Source: an uncultured Desulfatitalea sp. (GTDB lineage Bacteria > Desulfobacterota > Desulfobacteria > Desulfobacterales > Desulfosarcinaceae). From it: a stretch of DNA of 64,000 nucleotides. The notes beneath the pieces are model-generated. The model was not told the DNA's origin, ran no database searches, and worked only from the letters and a program-made list of their open reading frames with translations. Position numbers and translations under genes: made by a program. Each line of letters begins with the position of its first letter. Within the stretch, counting starts at the first letter, position 1. Positions 1 through 10,160 of the stretch are shown here, in pieces. The stretch lies in assembly GCA_963668675.2 (NCBI GenBank), contig CAXXMB010000002.1:544001-608000 (forward strand). Reading direction: 5' to 3'.

Positions 1-300
1 AACAAAACCTACTCTTCGGTTGATCTGGCCGGCGGCGTCTACCGAGGAATCGATCAACCGGTCTCCACCATTGGGGTGTGGAATGTCATGATCTGCCAGG
101 CCTCACTGCCGACGGATCTTGTCTACCAGTTGGTCAAGGCGCTTTATGAACACAACGACTATCTGCTGAAAATTCACCCGTCAGCAGCCTACACGACCCC
201 GGAGAACGCAGTAAAGTACTCCCCGATCCCCCTGCATCCGGGCACCATCAAGTACTTGGAAGAAAAAGGTGTCGCGGTTCCCGACAAACTACGGCCATAA
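1..300 (+). CDS. TAXI-family TRAP transporter solute-binding subunit (5' partial)
   Basis: Open frame from the window edge; C-terminal 'PIPLHPGTIKYLEEKG' matches the TAXI PLHPGA..Y motif; upstream of DUF1850 and a fused TRAP permease. Confidence 0.9.
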   Translation, partial: NKTYSSVDLAGGVYRGIDQPVSTIGVWNVMICQASLPTDLVYQLVKALYEHNDYLLKIHPSAAYTTPENAVKYSPIPLHPGTIKYLEEKGVAVPDKLRP

Positions 301-325
301 ATTCAAGACGATTATGCTACTGTCC

Positions 326-348
326 CGGGCGGGCATAAAGCCCGCCCG
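326..348 (+). other. Intercistronic GC-rich hairpin after the solute-binding gene (possible mRNA stabiliser)
   Basis: Perfect 9-bp inverted repeat CGGGCGGGC-ATAAA-GCCCGCCCG, no U-tract. Confidence 0.5.
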
Positions 349-434
349 CATATTCTTCAAAATTGCAGGACACTGACCCAAAATTTTCAGCAGACTTCAA
401 TCGCTATTACCTTCTCTGCAAAGCAGAGGCCTGA

Positions 435-989
435 ATGAAGCGCTTCTTCCAAAAACGCATTGCAATGGCCGTCATTGGGTTCACTCTACTTTTCATTGCC
501 GGGGGATTCTACCTTCCAGGGGGCGTAGAGCTCTGTGTGACGCCAATGTCAGGGGAAAGACCGCTGCTGGTGCTGCCGCTTGAAGAGGGAGAACACTTTA
601 CGATCCACTACTACCATTCGGTGGAGAATGCGCCCATATGGGAGGTTCACAGCACCGACAGGTCAGGTCACATCTATATCGAGGAGGAGATCTATCTAAA
701 ATTCGGCGCCGGCATGGGAAAAATGCCGGGGGTGGGCCGCATGGTCACCCGCGGGCCATATGAAGCGATCGAGGGCATGCATATGCCCATCGGGACTTTT
801 ATTCTTCGCATCGGCAGCCCCGGAGTCGATCATACGGTGATCTGGCGAGGTATTCGCACCAATCTCTCCAGCATGGCACCACATGCCGCGGCAATGTTCT
901 CGGCCAAGCCGGTATCCTGGCTTTATCGCACCTGGCGAAACTTTTTTCCTCACACGGCAACACCACTCAGCAGAGAAAGTGAACAATGA
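435..989 (+). CDS. DUF1850 family protein (TAXI-TRAP associated)
   Basis: N-terminal TM helix; 'FTIHYYHSVENAPIWE' and 'FGAGM' motifs; typical position between TAXI SBP and permease. Confidence 0.8.
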   Translation: MKRFFQKRIAMAVIGFTLLFIAGGFYLPGGVELCVTPMSGERPLLVLPLEEGEHFTIHYYHSVENAPIWEVHSTDRSGHIYIEEEIYLKFGAGMGKMPGVGRMVTRGPYEAIEGMHMPIGTFILRIGSPGVDHTVIWRGIRTNLSSMAPHAAAMFSAKPVSWLYRTWRNFFPHTATPLSRESEQ

Positions 990-2962
990 CGAATACGCCG
1001 CAACCCGCAGCCCAAAACGCCAACCAGGCCCTGGTCACCACTACGGCCAAAATCGTCATGGTCGTCGCCATCGCTCTGAGCCTTTACCAGCTCTACACAG
1101 CCGGGATAACGGCTCTCACCGCCCTCGTGCAGCGCTCGATCCACCTGGGGGCCATCTTGACCTTGACATTTCTCCTGAAACCACCCTTTGGCAAGGCTTC
1201 CAAGGACAGTCTCAATATCTGGGTGCTGATCGACTGGCTGCTTGTAGCGGCATCGATCTACTGCACGGCATATATCTGCATCAACCTGACTGATATCTTC
1301 GAACGCCAGGGAGACTGGCTGGCGACGGACCGGGTAGTAAGTATCATCGGCACCATACTGGTCCTCGAAGCGTGCCGTCGGGTGATCGGCATCTTCATGA
1401 CCGGGATCTGTATCGTGGGGATGGTCTATGCCTACTTTGGCCCCTACATGCCTGAGCTGATCATCCATAAAGGCTACTCCATAGAACGGATCACCACGAC
1501 GCTATGGCTGACGACCGAAGGTATCTTCGGGCTGCCCATTGGCGTCGCGGCTACCTTTGTATTTGTCTTCGTCCTCTTTGGCGCCTTTCTGGAAACCACC
1601 GGCGGCGGCAACTTCTTCATCGAGCTGGCCTACGCCCTCACCGGCCGCTTCTCGGGCGGCCCGGCCAAGACATCGGTGGTCGCCTCCGGTTTCATGGGTT
1701 CGGTCTCCGGGTCGGCCGTGGGCAATGTCGTCGCCACCGGATCGTTCACCATCCCCATGATGAAGCGGGTTGGCTACCGGCCACACGTGGCCGGCGCCAT
1801 CGAAGCGGCCGCCTCGACCGGAGGGCAGCTCATGCCCCCCATCATGGGCGCCGGCGCATTCCTCATGGCCGAATTCACCAATACCAGCTACCTCACGATC
1901 ATCAAGGTCGCCCTCGTTCCAGCCATCATGTACTATGTCACCGTACTCTTCTTCGTCCACTTCGAAGCCAAGAAGCAGGGGCTTGAAGGACAGCCCAGAG
2001 ATAAGCTGCCCCGTGTCGGACAAACCGTTAAAAACGGCCTGCATTTCATCGTTCCGGTAGCAATATTGATCTATGTCCTGGTCAATAACTATTCACCCAT
2101 GATGGCCGGTTTTGTCGCTGTGGTCAGCACCGTCGCCGCCAGCATGAGCGCCAATGCGGTGCGCTGGTTCGGCGGTATCGATCAACCGGCGAGCGGGGGC
2201 AAAAAAAGAACAGCGCTCGCTTTTGCCAAGGACGAACTCGATAGTGTCAAAACCGCGCTCGAGAAAGGCGCTAAAAACGCCATCATGGTATCGGTGGCCT
2301 GCGCCGCAGCGGGTATCATTGTGGGAATGGTGACGCTCACCGGTATGGGATTGAAGTTCTCCAGCCTGGTGCTCGAATTGAGCTTCGGGATTAAAGCGTT
2401 GGCCATCCTGCTTATCGGTGCCGCTAGTTTGGTACTTGGCATGGGACTTCCGGTCACCGCAAGTTACATCGTACTGGCCACCCTGGCCGGCCCCGCCCTG
2501 CTCGACATGGGCGTCCCTCTGCTGGTCAGTCACATGATCGTCTTCTGGTACTCCCAGGATGCCAACGTGACTCCGCCTGTCAGCCTGGCCAGCTTTGCCG
2601 GGGCAGGCGTGGCCGGAGCCAATCCCATGCGAACCGCCTTTACGTCCTGGAAACTGGCCAAAGGGCTCTACATCATCCCTATCGTCATGGCGTACCGTCC
2701 CCTGTTGGGAATCGGCCCGACCTACCGGCTGCTCGACTGGGAAGTGGGGTGGACTATGCTGACGACCATGCTGGGACTCATCGCCTTTGCCGCCGGTATC
2801 GAACGCTATCTGATCCGACGAGCAACGTGGCTTGAAACCATGATTTTCCTTGCTTCAGCGGCCTGTCTCCTGTGGCCGCATCACTGGATCGATGTGGCCG
2901 GAGCCGCCCTCTTCGCCACCGCTGTGGCCATGCAAAAGCTGATCAGTATTGAACAAAAGTAG
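986..2962 (+). CDS. TRAP transporter 4TM/12TM fused permease
   Basis: 658 aa, highly hydrophobic; 'GGPAK', 'SGSAVGNV', 'EAAASTGGQLMPPIMGAGAF', 'LGMGLP', 'TPPV' motifs. Confidence 0.95.
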   Translation: MTNTPQPAAQNANQALVTTTAKIVMVVAIALSLYQLYTAGITALTALVQRSIHLGAILTLTFLLKPPFGKASKDSLNIWVLIDWLLVAASIYCTAYICINLTDIFERQGDWLATDRVVSIIGTILVLEACRRVIGIFMTGICIVGMVYAYFGPYMPELIIHKGYSIERITTTLWLTTEGIFGLPIGVAATFVFVFVLFGAFLETTGGGNFFIELAYALTGRFSGGPAKTSVVASGFMGSVSGSAVGNVVATGSFTIPMMKRVGYRPHVAGAIEAAASTGGQLMPPIMGAGAFLMAEFTNTSYLTIIKVALVPAIMYYVTVLFFVHFEAKKQGLEGQPRDKLPRVGQTVKNGLHFIVPVAILIYVLVNNYSPMMAGFVAVVSTVAASMSANAVRWFGGIDQPASGGKKRTALAFAKDELDSVKTALEKGAKNAIMVSVACAAAGIIVGMVTLTGMGLKFSSLVLELSFGIKALAILLIGAASLVLGMGLPVTASYIVLATLAGPALLDMGVPLLVSHMIVFWYSQDANVTPPVSLASFAGAGVAGANPMRTAFTSWKLAKGLYIIPIVMAYRPLLGIGPTYRLLDWEVGWTMLTTMLGLIAFAAGIERYLIRRATWLETMIFLASAACLLWPHHWIDVAGAALFATAVAMQKLISIEQK

Positions 2963-3214
2963 CGATTTGAGCCGATGGCAGGATGCTCTGCCGGGAGGTT
3001 GTGTATTGGCTTCATGTGTAAACAGTGTTTAACCTGACTTCTCAATTTCTGTTCTGTTGCCTCTATACCCTCTGCAATCCAAGCTTTCTGATCTTAGACG
3101 TCAATATACTCGGAAAGATCGAAATCCTCGAATCCCACTATGGTGGAGGGGTTTTCTTTCATTGTTCCCGCAAATAGCCCCTTACAATCCGTTCTTTTAA
3201 GCCTTGGATAGATG

Positions 3215-4525
3215 CTACACAAGATAGCTCTGAAATAGTACTGCAAATCCGAGAAAGGCAAAAAAGCCTATGACGTCAGTGATCGTGGTTAAAATGATAT
3301 TCGCACTTTGTGCCGGGTCTAAGCCGATGCGTTTCATTAGAAGAGGTATGGCAGCACCTGATAATCCAGCAAAAAACAGATTAACCAACATGCCCAATCC
3401 GATTACCAGCCCCAGGTAGGGATTGCCCACCCAAACCCAAGCCACGATAGCGGTGATCACACCAATAATTGTTCCATTGATTGCACCCAACTTACCCTCC
3501 TTGAGGACAAGTGCAATAGTCCGCTTCTTGGGAATTTCCCGCATCACAATCCCTCGCATGACAACGGCCAGGGATTGGGCACCGGCATTGCCGCCCTGTC
3601 CGGCAACCACCGGAAGAAATACAGCCAAAATCGTTATTTTTGCAATGATGCCTTCAAAAAGCGCCACTACGGACGCAGCCATGAATGCCGTAATCAGGTT
3701 CACATTCAGCCAGAGGAGCCGTTTTTTCAGTGAGAAAAAAATGTTCGAAAATGGCCTCTCATCTGCGCTTACACCGAACATAAGTTGGATGTCCTGCGCC
3801 GTGCCATCCTGGACACCTTTGATCAATCGTTCCGCCTTGATGATACCGAGTATATGGTTTTCACTGTCTACCACCGGCGCGGCAAAATATCGCCGCTTGG
3901 ACAATTCATTGGCTGCGTCTTGTATATCGGTAAAGCAATGCAGTGAAAATATATCTTTCTGGGCAATTGACTCGAGCGGTTCCTGCGGTGGTGCAATCAT
4001 CAAATCGCGCATGTTCAATACACCGAAAAGGTGCAGGTCTTCATCGACCACATACGCATAGGAAGACGGCATGCGTTTTTTGGCCAGCGATCGGATCTTG
4101 CTAATGGCTTCTCGCGCAAGAGCACCTTTGCTGAAAGACAAAAAGTCTGACGTCATAATCCGGCCGACACTGTCCTGGGGATATTCCAGAAGCTCCCGGA
4201 TCTGCCCCTCGGTTTTTTCGGGGATATGGGCTCTGATGCGCTCACGGGATTCTTTGGATAGGTGCATCAGAAGGGATGCCAGGAACTGGGGCTCAATCTG
4301 CGAAGTAATCCGGTGAAGAAAGTCGTCACTGGTAAAATTCAGCAAGGTTGCTGCATAGCTGATCTGCAGGTGCTTGACGACACGAACGGCAAGTCCCGGC
4401 GGCAACGATTCAAGCACACCGGCGGCTTCCGAATCCTTCATGCTTTCAAGGATATGCGACGCCGTCGAAATATCCTGATCGAAAAACTTGATGATCAAGG
4501 GCAAAAAAATCGCATGATCACTCAT
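3215..4525 (-). CDS. mgtE: Magnesium transporter MgtE
   Basis: N domain, CBS pair ('SVGRIMT', 'PVVDSENHILGII'), TM region 'RLLWL', 'GQGGNAGAQ', 'DPAQ...TTITDVIGF'. Confidence 0.93.
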   Translation of the reverse strand: MSDHAIFLPLIIKFFDQDISTASHILESMKDSEAAGVLESLPPGLAVRVVKHLQISYAATLLNFTSDDFLHRITSQIEPQFLASLLMHLSKESRERIRAHIPEKTEGQIRELLEYPQDSVGRIMTSDFLSFSKGALAREAISKIRSLAKKRMPSSYAYVVDEDLHLFGVLNMRDLMIAPPQEPLESIAQKDIFSLHCFTDIQDAANELSKRRYFAAPVVDSENHILGIIKAERLIKGVQDGTAQDIQLMFGVSADERPFSNIFFSLKKRLLWLNVNLITAFMAASVVALFEGIIAKITILAVFLPVVAGQGGNAGAQSLAVVMRGIVMREIPKKRTIALVLKEGKLGAINGTIIGVITAIVAWVWVGNPYLGLVIGLGMLVNLFFAGLSGAAIPLLMKRIGLDPAQSANIILTTITDVIGFFAFLGFAVLFQSYLV

Positions 4526-5102
4526 TCAATTTTTCCTTTGTGAAGTAGGTTAGCGGCCACCAACCATAATACAGCGGTGACCATCGATTTTCCTCATAGT
4601 ACTTGCTGAACAATGGGCAAGCCACTCTATTTTTCTGTCAAACGGGTTTAAAATTCGCTGACGCGTTCAGCCTATGGGTAATCGGTGGTGACTGAAATGG
4701 TCTCTAAGGGCACCAGCGAACCGGTATAGAACCCTCTCAGGTGCCGAGAAGAAGAGAATAAAGAATGGCTTTGGCCCGCTTGCCCAGATTCATCACTAAA
4801 ATCTAAATGGCCACTGCCGTCTATGAAATACAGTATAACTTGCACATGATTTGCTTTCCACAGGCCTGCATAGTATTATTAACCACCTTGTTTCCGAATA
4901 TTCTATAATGGAAAAATGGGGCACAATCAATATTCGAGGAATCGTGATTGCCTCCGCCTGGAAGCAGAATGGTGAAATTTCGGCAGTGGCCATCGCTGGA
5001 TATGATGAAATACGATATCGGATTGCGGATGATCATTTAGGCGCACAACTACGCGCGCTGATCAAAAAAAGAATCTTTTATGGCCAACCGAAAACAGGGG
5101 CG

Positions 5103-5855
5103 ATGCTGAAAAAATTATTTCTCAATTTAATTAAACCCCTTGGCAAGGCTCTGATTGGCGCATGCCGTGATTTGGCACCCATCATCATCGTCATCGCCAT
5201 TTTTCAAATCCTGGTCCTGCGTCAACCCTTCCCTGATTTGGTTTCGACTCTGGCCGGACTGGCATTGGTCATCACAGGGTTGGCTCTTTTTGTGGTTGGT
5301 CTGGACATCGGCCTGTTTCCTCTCGGCGAAATGTTGGCTGAAGAATTCGCCCGTAAGGGCAGCCTCGTCTGGTTGTTGGTGTTCGCTTTTGCCTTGGGTT
5401 TCGGCACCACCGTTGCGGAACCGGCCCTTATTGCCGTCACCCGCGAAGGAGCGAGAGCTGCGGCAGACGCCGTTCTTATCGATAACTCTCCCCACGCATT
5501 GCAACGATATGCGCTGCATGTCCGCTTGACGGTTGCCTTTTCTGTCGGCTTCGCAATCGTGGTGGGTGTGTTGAGAATTCTTCGGGGATGGTCGTTGCCG
5601 ATCATCGTCGTGGGCGGCTATATTCTCGTCATGGCAATGACGTTCTTCGCGCCCAAGGAGATCGTGGGATTGGCATATGATTTAGGCGGCGTGACCACCT
5701 CAACCGTCACCGTACCCCTGGTAACCGCCTTAGGGGTGGGGTTGGCCCGCACCATTCGTGGAAGGAATCCGTTGAGTGACGGCTTCGGATTGATAGCACT
5801 TGCATCTCTTGCCCCCATGATTTTTGTCATGGGATATGGATTCTTTGTGTATTAG
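5103..5855 (+). CDS. DUF1538 family membrane protein (first of pair)
   Basis: 'GLFPLGE', 'TTVAEPAL', 'DLGGVTTSTVTVP', 'DGFGLIALASL' motifs; start placed at ATG 5103, although the frame is open further upstream. Confidence 0.85.
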   Translation: MLKKLFLNLIKPLGKALIGACRDLAPIIIVIAIFQILVLRQPFPDLVSTLAGLALVITGLALFVVGLDIGLFPLGEMLAEEFARKGSLVWLLVFAFALGFGTTVAEPALIAVTREGARAAADAVLIDNSPHALQRYALHVRLTVAFSVGFAIVVGVLRILRGWSLPIIVVGGYILVMAMTFFAPKEIVGLAYDLGGVTTSTVTVPLVTALGVGLARTIRGRNPLSDGFGLIALASLAPMIFVMGYGFFVY

Positions 5856-5862
5856 GAGCCCC

Positions 5863-6606
5863 ATGGAACTGTTTCTAAATCCGACCAAATTACTGCTGGC
5901 CACAGCCAAGGATGTGCTGCCGGTTCTCGCGCTTCTTGTGGTATTTCAGATGGCGGTCTTGCGAAGGCCTTTGCCAAGGCCGGGCAGAATTGTTTTTGGA
6001 TTTATTTTAGTGCTCGTCGGCATGGCTTGTTTTCTGGGGGGCCTTGACCTGGCCCTTTTTCCGGTGGGCAGGGCCATGGCGCTGCAATTGTCTGCTAGTG
6101 CCCAGACTGGAAGCAGCTGGTCCGCTTATGGATGGATATACCTTTTTGCTTTTCTCGTCGGGTTTTCAACCACCATTGCCGAGCCATCACTGATCGCTGT
6201 CGCCAATAAGGCTGAAGAGGCGTCGTACAAAGCCGTATCGTCAAAAGGCTTGCGCATCGCGGTGGCGTTGGGTGTTGCCGTGGGCATCACACTTGGCACA
6301 TTTCGAATTGTCACCGGAACTCCACTGTACCTTTACATTCTTTTTGGATATATGGTTGTGGCAATCCAGACCTATTTTGCACCTCGCATGATTATCCCAC
6401 TGGCGTACGATTCCGGCGGGGTCACCACCTCCACGGTTACTGTTCCATTGGTTGCAGCGCTCGGCTTGGGGTTGGCGTCCAATATCCCTGGCCGCAGTCC
6501 GGTGCTGGATGGTTTCGGACTAATTGCCTTTGCCAGCCTGTTTCCGATCATCAGTGTCCTGGGATACGCCCAATTGGCCCAGTGGGTGGTCGGACGGCGA
6601 AAATGA
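5863..6606 (+). CDS. DUF1538 family membrane protein (second of pair)
   Basis: AGGAG RBS before ATG 5863; 'TIAEPSL', 'DSGGVTTSTVTVP', 'DGFGLIAFASLFP'. Confidence 0.88.
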   Translation: MELFLNPTKLLLATAKDVLPVLALLVVFQMAVLRRPLPRPGRIVFGFILVLVGMACFLGGLDLALFPVGRAMALQLSASAQTGSSWSAYGWIYLFAFLVGFSTTIAEPSLIAVANKAEEASYKAVSSKGLRIAVALGVAVGITLGTFRIVTGTPLYLYILFGYMVVAIQTYFAPRMIIPLAYDSGGVTTSTVTVPLVAALGLGLASNIPGRSPVLDGFGLIAFASLFPIISVLGYAQLAQWVVGRRK

Positions 6607-6682
6607 ACCCAGATAGGATTGACCCCTGTTCGAAAATTTCGACCTTATATCCGCCGCGAACCTGGAAAGAAGGGAGCCTGCA

Positions 6683-7000
6683 ATGGCACATAAATGCATT
6701 ATTGCAATGGTAAAACCGAACCTGACCGAACATGTCTTAAAGTCAGCAAAAGCGGCCGGAGCCACCGGGGCGACGATCATACCGGCATCGGGAACCGGTG
6801 CCGGTGAGGCCAAAACGTTTTTCGGGCTCAGTCTCGACATACGCACCGAGATCGTGCTTTTTGTCGTTAACGAAACCAATGTTGAAGGCATCCTAAACGC
6901 CATCGAGAAGGCCGGACGGTTCAGTGAACCGGGCACCGGCATAGCCCTGGTAATGCCGATAGAACGGATAGCCGGCATGGAAAGCCAGAATTCACGCTAA
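6683..7000 (+). CDS. P-II family regulator
   Basis: 105 aa; 'AGATGATII..GTG' and 'PGTGIALVMPIE' P-II-like motifs; follows the DUF1538 pair. Confidence 0.85.
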   Translation: MAHKCIIAMVKPNLTEHVLKSAKAAGATGATIIPASGTGAGEAKTFFGLSLDIRTEIVLFVVNETNVEGILNAIEKAGRFSEPGTGIALVMPIERIAGMESQNSR

Positions 7001-7033
7001 AAATCGTGATCTCATCAAACCAGGGAAAGCGAC

Positions 7034-7184
7034 ATGTCATCATCGTTGGATATTTGGAAACTGTTGGCCGGAATCGGTATTTTTCTGTTTGGGATGCTTT
7101 TGATCGAGAAACAGAATTCAGGCGAACACACTCAATGAGGCAGAGATCAAGGCGCTTGAGCGCATAATATATGCATCCAGGAGC
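7034..7184 (+). pseudogene. Remnant of a Na+/Pi cotransporter family gene (internal deletion)
   Basis: ATG 7034 gives MSSSLDIWKLLAGIGIFLFGMLLIE, the typical NptA-family N-terminus, then stops at 7138; another frame from 7113 gives RIQANTLNEAEIKALERIIYASRS, resembling a distal helical segment (recognised from memory). Confidence 0.6.
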
Positions 7185-7285
7185 TCAACGACCAATCCAC
7201 AGCCCTTTCAGACCGCGGCCAGCTCAAATCACAAAAGAATCTACCTGCAATCAAGGAGATCCTGTGTTTCACGTAGTATCCGCTC

Positions 7286-9610
7286 TTACTCGGCACCCTT
7301 CTTCGATTGTTCGATGGCGTTCAACAGCTCCCTCCCCCTCGATTGAGCGGTAGCATGTCCGGCGAGCCGCACGGCCACCTGCTCTGCCTCATCGAACCTC
7401 TGGCGCTGTAAGTAGAACACGGCCAGGGCGTACAGGTAGTCCGGGTTGTTTGGAGCAAGCGACAGTGCCGTGTTCAATGCATTTTCGGCCTCGTCATCTT
7501 TGCGGGCATGCTGCAGTAGAATCCCCAGGTTGTACTGAATCCGCGAGCGGTCCGGCAAACCCCGCGCGGCCTGTTTCAGATAGAGCACCGCCTCTTCGTA
7601 CTGCTTCATTTCAGCCAGCAGCAACCCCAGAGAATATTGGACCTCATACAGTTCGGGCTGCGCCGCCACCACTTCACGTAGCAGTTTTTCCGCGTCAGCA
7701 TTGTTGCCCATACGGTTATATTGAGTGGCCAGATTGACTTTTGCCGGATAGAAGAGGTCATCGATTTCGATGGCTTTGCGATAGTTTGTGATCGCTTGCT
7801 CAGTCTCTCCCAGATGGACATGCAGGTTGCCCAGGTTGTGGCGAGCCGATGCGAAGTCGCCCAGACGGCGGGTGGCCTTCAGGTATTCGTTCAACGCCGA
7901 GCGGTACCGGGCCTGCAGCTCAACCGGCAAATGGGTGGTCGAGAGGTCGGCCAAACGGGCGGCCGTCTCGATCCTTATGGCCTTGACCGGGTCATAGAGC
8001 ATTGGCCCAAGCCGCCGGACGCGCTCTTTCGGGGAAGCCGTCGGAAAGTGCCTCACGGCGGTATAGCGCACAAGCGCCTCTTCGTCACCAAGGGCGCGCT
8101 CAAAGGCGGCCGCCTGCTCCCGATGCGGGTAAGAGGTCAAGAGGGAGAGTGCCGTGGCGCGAACGATGGTCGGGTAGCGCCGATCTTCGGCCAGTTGGAC
8201 AAGCGCGGGCAACGCCTCCCCGGCACCGCGCCGGCCCTCCGACAGAAGGGTTCCGTAGTGAGGCCGCTTGCGCTGGCCGTACCACTTGAGAACGGCTTCA
8301 CTGGACCAGCGTACCGATTTGTCCTGGTGACAGCGGTTGCAGGCGTTGGGCGACCCAGTGGTGATGGTCAGGTCCGGCTGGGGGATTCTGAAACCGTGAT
8401 CCGGGCGATAGTCGACCCCCATGTAGGTTCGTCCGGGCATGTGGCACGCTTCGCAGCTTGCGCCGCTGCCCACGTCGAATAAAATTTTGCCCTCCGCCGA
8501 TCGGATGGGCTCACCCTCCTCGCCCGCCTTTTTGTGGAAGTGGTGGTCCGCAGTATCATAAAGGGCGGAGCGGTGGCACTGCAGGCAGAGATCATTGCCC
8601 TGTTTGACACGGCGGGCGCTGTGCACGTCGTGACAATCGCTGCAGCGAACATCCTGTTCATACATTTTGCTCTGCATGAACGAACCGTACACATACACTT
8701 CATCCAGGATCTGGCCGTCCGGATAGTAGTATCCGGACGTGAGCAGTTGGGGGATGCCGTAGTCCAGGAAATCGTCATGGTGGTGAATGTTGTCGCCCAG
8801 AGACATGCGCCGCGAGTGACAAGGTGCACACAACTCGATCTGCCGCCGGGCGCTCAATCCGCCGGTCCTCACCTCCAGGGCCGTGTCAACCACCTCGGGC
8901 CGTCCCATTTCAGGCAGTTCGGCCCACTGCACATGGGCGGAACCTGGGCCGTGGCACGCCTCGCAGCCCACACTGATCTCCGACCAGGTGGTCTGATACT
9001 GATCGTCATCCAGATTGTAATGCTTCAGCAGGTTGGTGGAGTGGCATTCGGCACACATGCCGTTCCAGTTCTGGCCGTTGTTGGTCCAGTAGAGCCAATC
9101 CCCAGGATCGATCTTCTGGTCGGGGTAGAGATGGAACCATTTGCGATCGCGCACATCCCAGGCGATGGGCAAACACTGCAAGCGTCCACCGGGAAAGGGC
9201 ACCAGATACTGCTGCAGGGGGAACCAGCCAAAGGTATGGGTGATCTCGAAGTCTCCTATCTGTCCATCCGGCCCCCGGGTATGAACGAAGAACTTACCCT
9301 CCTTGCGATAGAAACGGGCGACCTCATCGAAGTACGTAAACTCGATATCGCTGAAGTCTCCCAGAACGCTCTGACCATCAGCCACGGCCATGGCCATCTC
9401 GTGGTGGGACCCTTTCCACTTGTCATACTCCGCTTTGTGACACTCCGCGCACTTCTGGCTCCCCACAAAAAGGGATGAAAACCGCGCCTGCCCCTCTTCA
9501 GTGGTGGGCGACCGCTGCTCCAGCTGAACATACAACGGAATGGCCAAAACGATCGCCAGAGTGGCGATGAAGCCAGTGATTTTCCACTTTTTCAATCCGT
9601 CGTTAGCCAT
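7286..9610 (-). CDS. Membrane-anchored octaheme c-type cytochrome with HEAT and TPR repeats
   Basis: N-terminal TM helix; 8 CxxCH motifs (CAECH, CAECH, CEACH, CAPCH, CSDCH, CLQCH, CEACH, CNRCH); C-terminal HEAT/TPR repeats; ATG 9610 overlaps the Rieske stop. Confidence 0.88.
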   Translation of the reverse strand: MANDGLKKWKITGFIATLAIVLAIPLYVQLEQRSPTTEEGQARFSSLFVGSQKCAECHKAEYDKWKGSHHEMAMAVADGQSVLGDFSDIEFTYFDEVARFYRKEGKFFVHTRGPDGQIGDFEITHTFGWFPLQQYLVPFPGGRLQCLPIAWDVRDRKWFHLYPDQKIDPGDWLYWTNNGQNWNGMCAECHSTNLLKHYNLDDDQYQTTWSEISVGCEACHGPGSAHVQWAELPEMGRPEVVDTALEVRTGGLSARRQIELCAPCHSRRMSLGDNIHHHDDFLDYGIPQLLTSGYYYPDGQILDEVYVYGSFMQSKMYEQDVRCSDCHDVHSARRVKQGNDLCLQCHRSALYDTADHHFHKKAGEEGEPIRSAEGKILFDVGSGASCEACHMPGRTYMGVDYRPDHGFRIPQPDLTITTGSPNACNRCHQDKSVRWSSEAVLKWYGQRKRPHYGTLLSEGRRGAGEALPALVQLAEDRRYPTIVRATALSLLTSYPHREQAAAFERALGDEEALVRYTAVRHFPTASPKERVRRLGPMLYDPVKAIRIETAARLADLSTTHLPVELQARYRSALNEYLKATRRLGDFASARHNLGNLHVHLGETEQAITNYRKAIEIDDLFYPAKVNLATQYNRMGNNADAEKLLREVVAAQPELYEVQYSLGLLLAEMKQYEEAVLYLKQAARGLPDRSRIQYNLGILLQHARKDDEAENALNTALSLAPNNPDYLYALAVFYLQRQRFDEAEQVAVRLAGHATAQSRGRELLNAIEQSKKGAE

Positions 9611-10130
9611 TGACGCCACTCTTCTTCCGATACACGACCTGCGCTTTGTCGAAGATGGCCCTTTTAATCGGTCGCCCGGTGTCAACAAAAAGTGAATCGT
9701 TCTCTATCCACAATCGATAAAGATCGAGCGCGCGGGGCGCCGGCGGGCTGACGACAGCGCCACTGATATCGAAAACGGATGAATGGCATGGGCAGACAAA
9801 TCGCCTCTCCTTGTCCGACCACGGCACCGTGCATCCCAGGTGGGTGCATCGCCGCGAAAGTGCGAGAAAGCCACCATCTTCAAGACGGACCAGGTAAAAC
9901 GCCCCCCGTGGGAAAGCGGTCACTGAGTTCGGGATAAAATCATCCACTCTTCCCGCTGCGGTCACCGTATCTTTATCTCCCCGCCGATGCTCCTTGCGCG
10001 GTGTGAAGAACGAGACCACGACCCAAGCCAGTTCGGCCAGGGCAACACCGCCCAGAACCAGCCACAGCTTTCGAAAAAACCGTCTCCGCGGCGGCAGCAC
10101 TTCCGCTTTGGGTTTCATTTCGTCATTCAT
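9603..10130 (-). CDS. qcrA: Rieske [2Fe-2S] subunit of a quinol:cytochrome c oxidoreductase
   Basis: Tat-like 'RRRFF' plus TM helix; 'CTHLGC' and 'CPCH' Rieske boxes; 'PPAPRAL'. Confidence 0.92.
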   Translation of the reverse strand: MNDEMKPKAEVLPPRRRFFRKLWLVLGGVALAELAWVVVSFFTPRKEHRRGDKDTVTAAGRVDDFIPNSVTAFPRGAFYLVRLEDGGFLALSRRCTHLGCTVPWSDKERRFVCPCHSSVFDISGAVVSPPAPRALDLYRLWIENDSLFVDTGRPIKRAIFDKAQVVYRKKSGVNG

Positions 10131-10160
10131 GCGCTTTTCACCCAAGACTTACCTCTGCAA

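Noticed and set aside
4526..4850. Mg2+ riboswitch or leader peptide upstream of mgtE
   Set aside because: No M-box features or convincing leader ORF recognisable by eye; an Rfam scan would be needed
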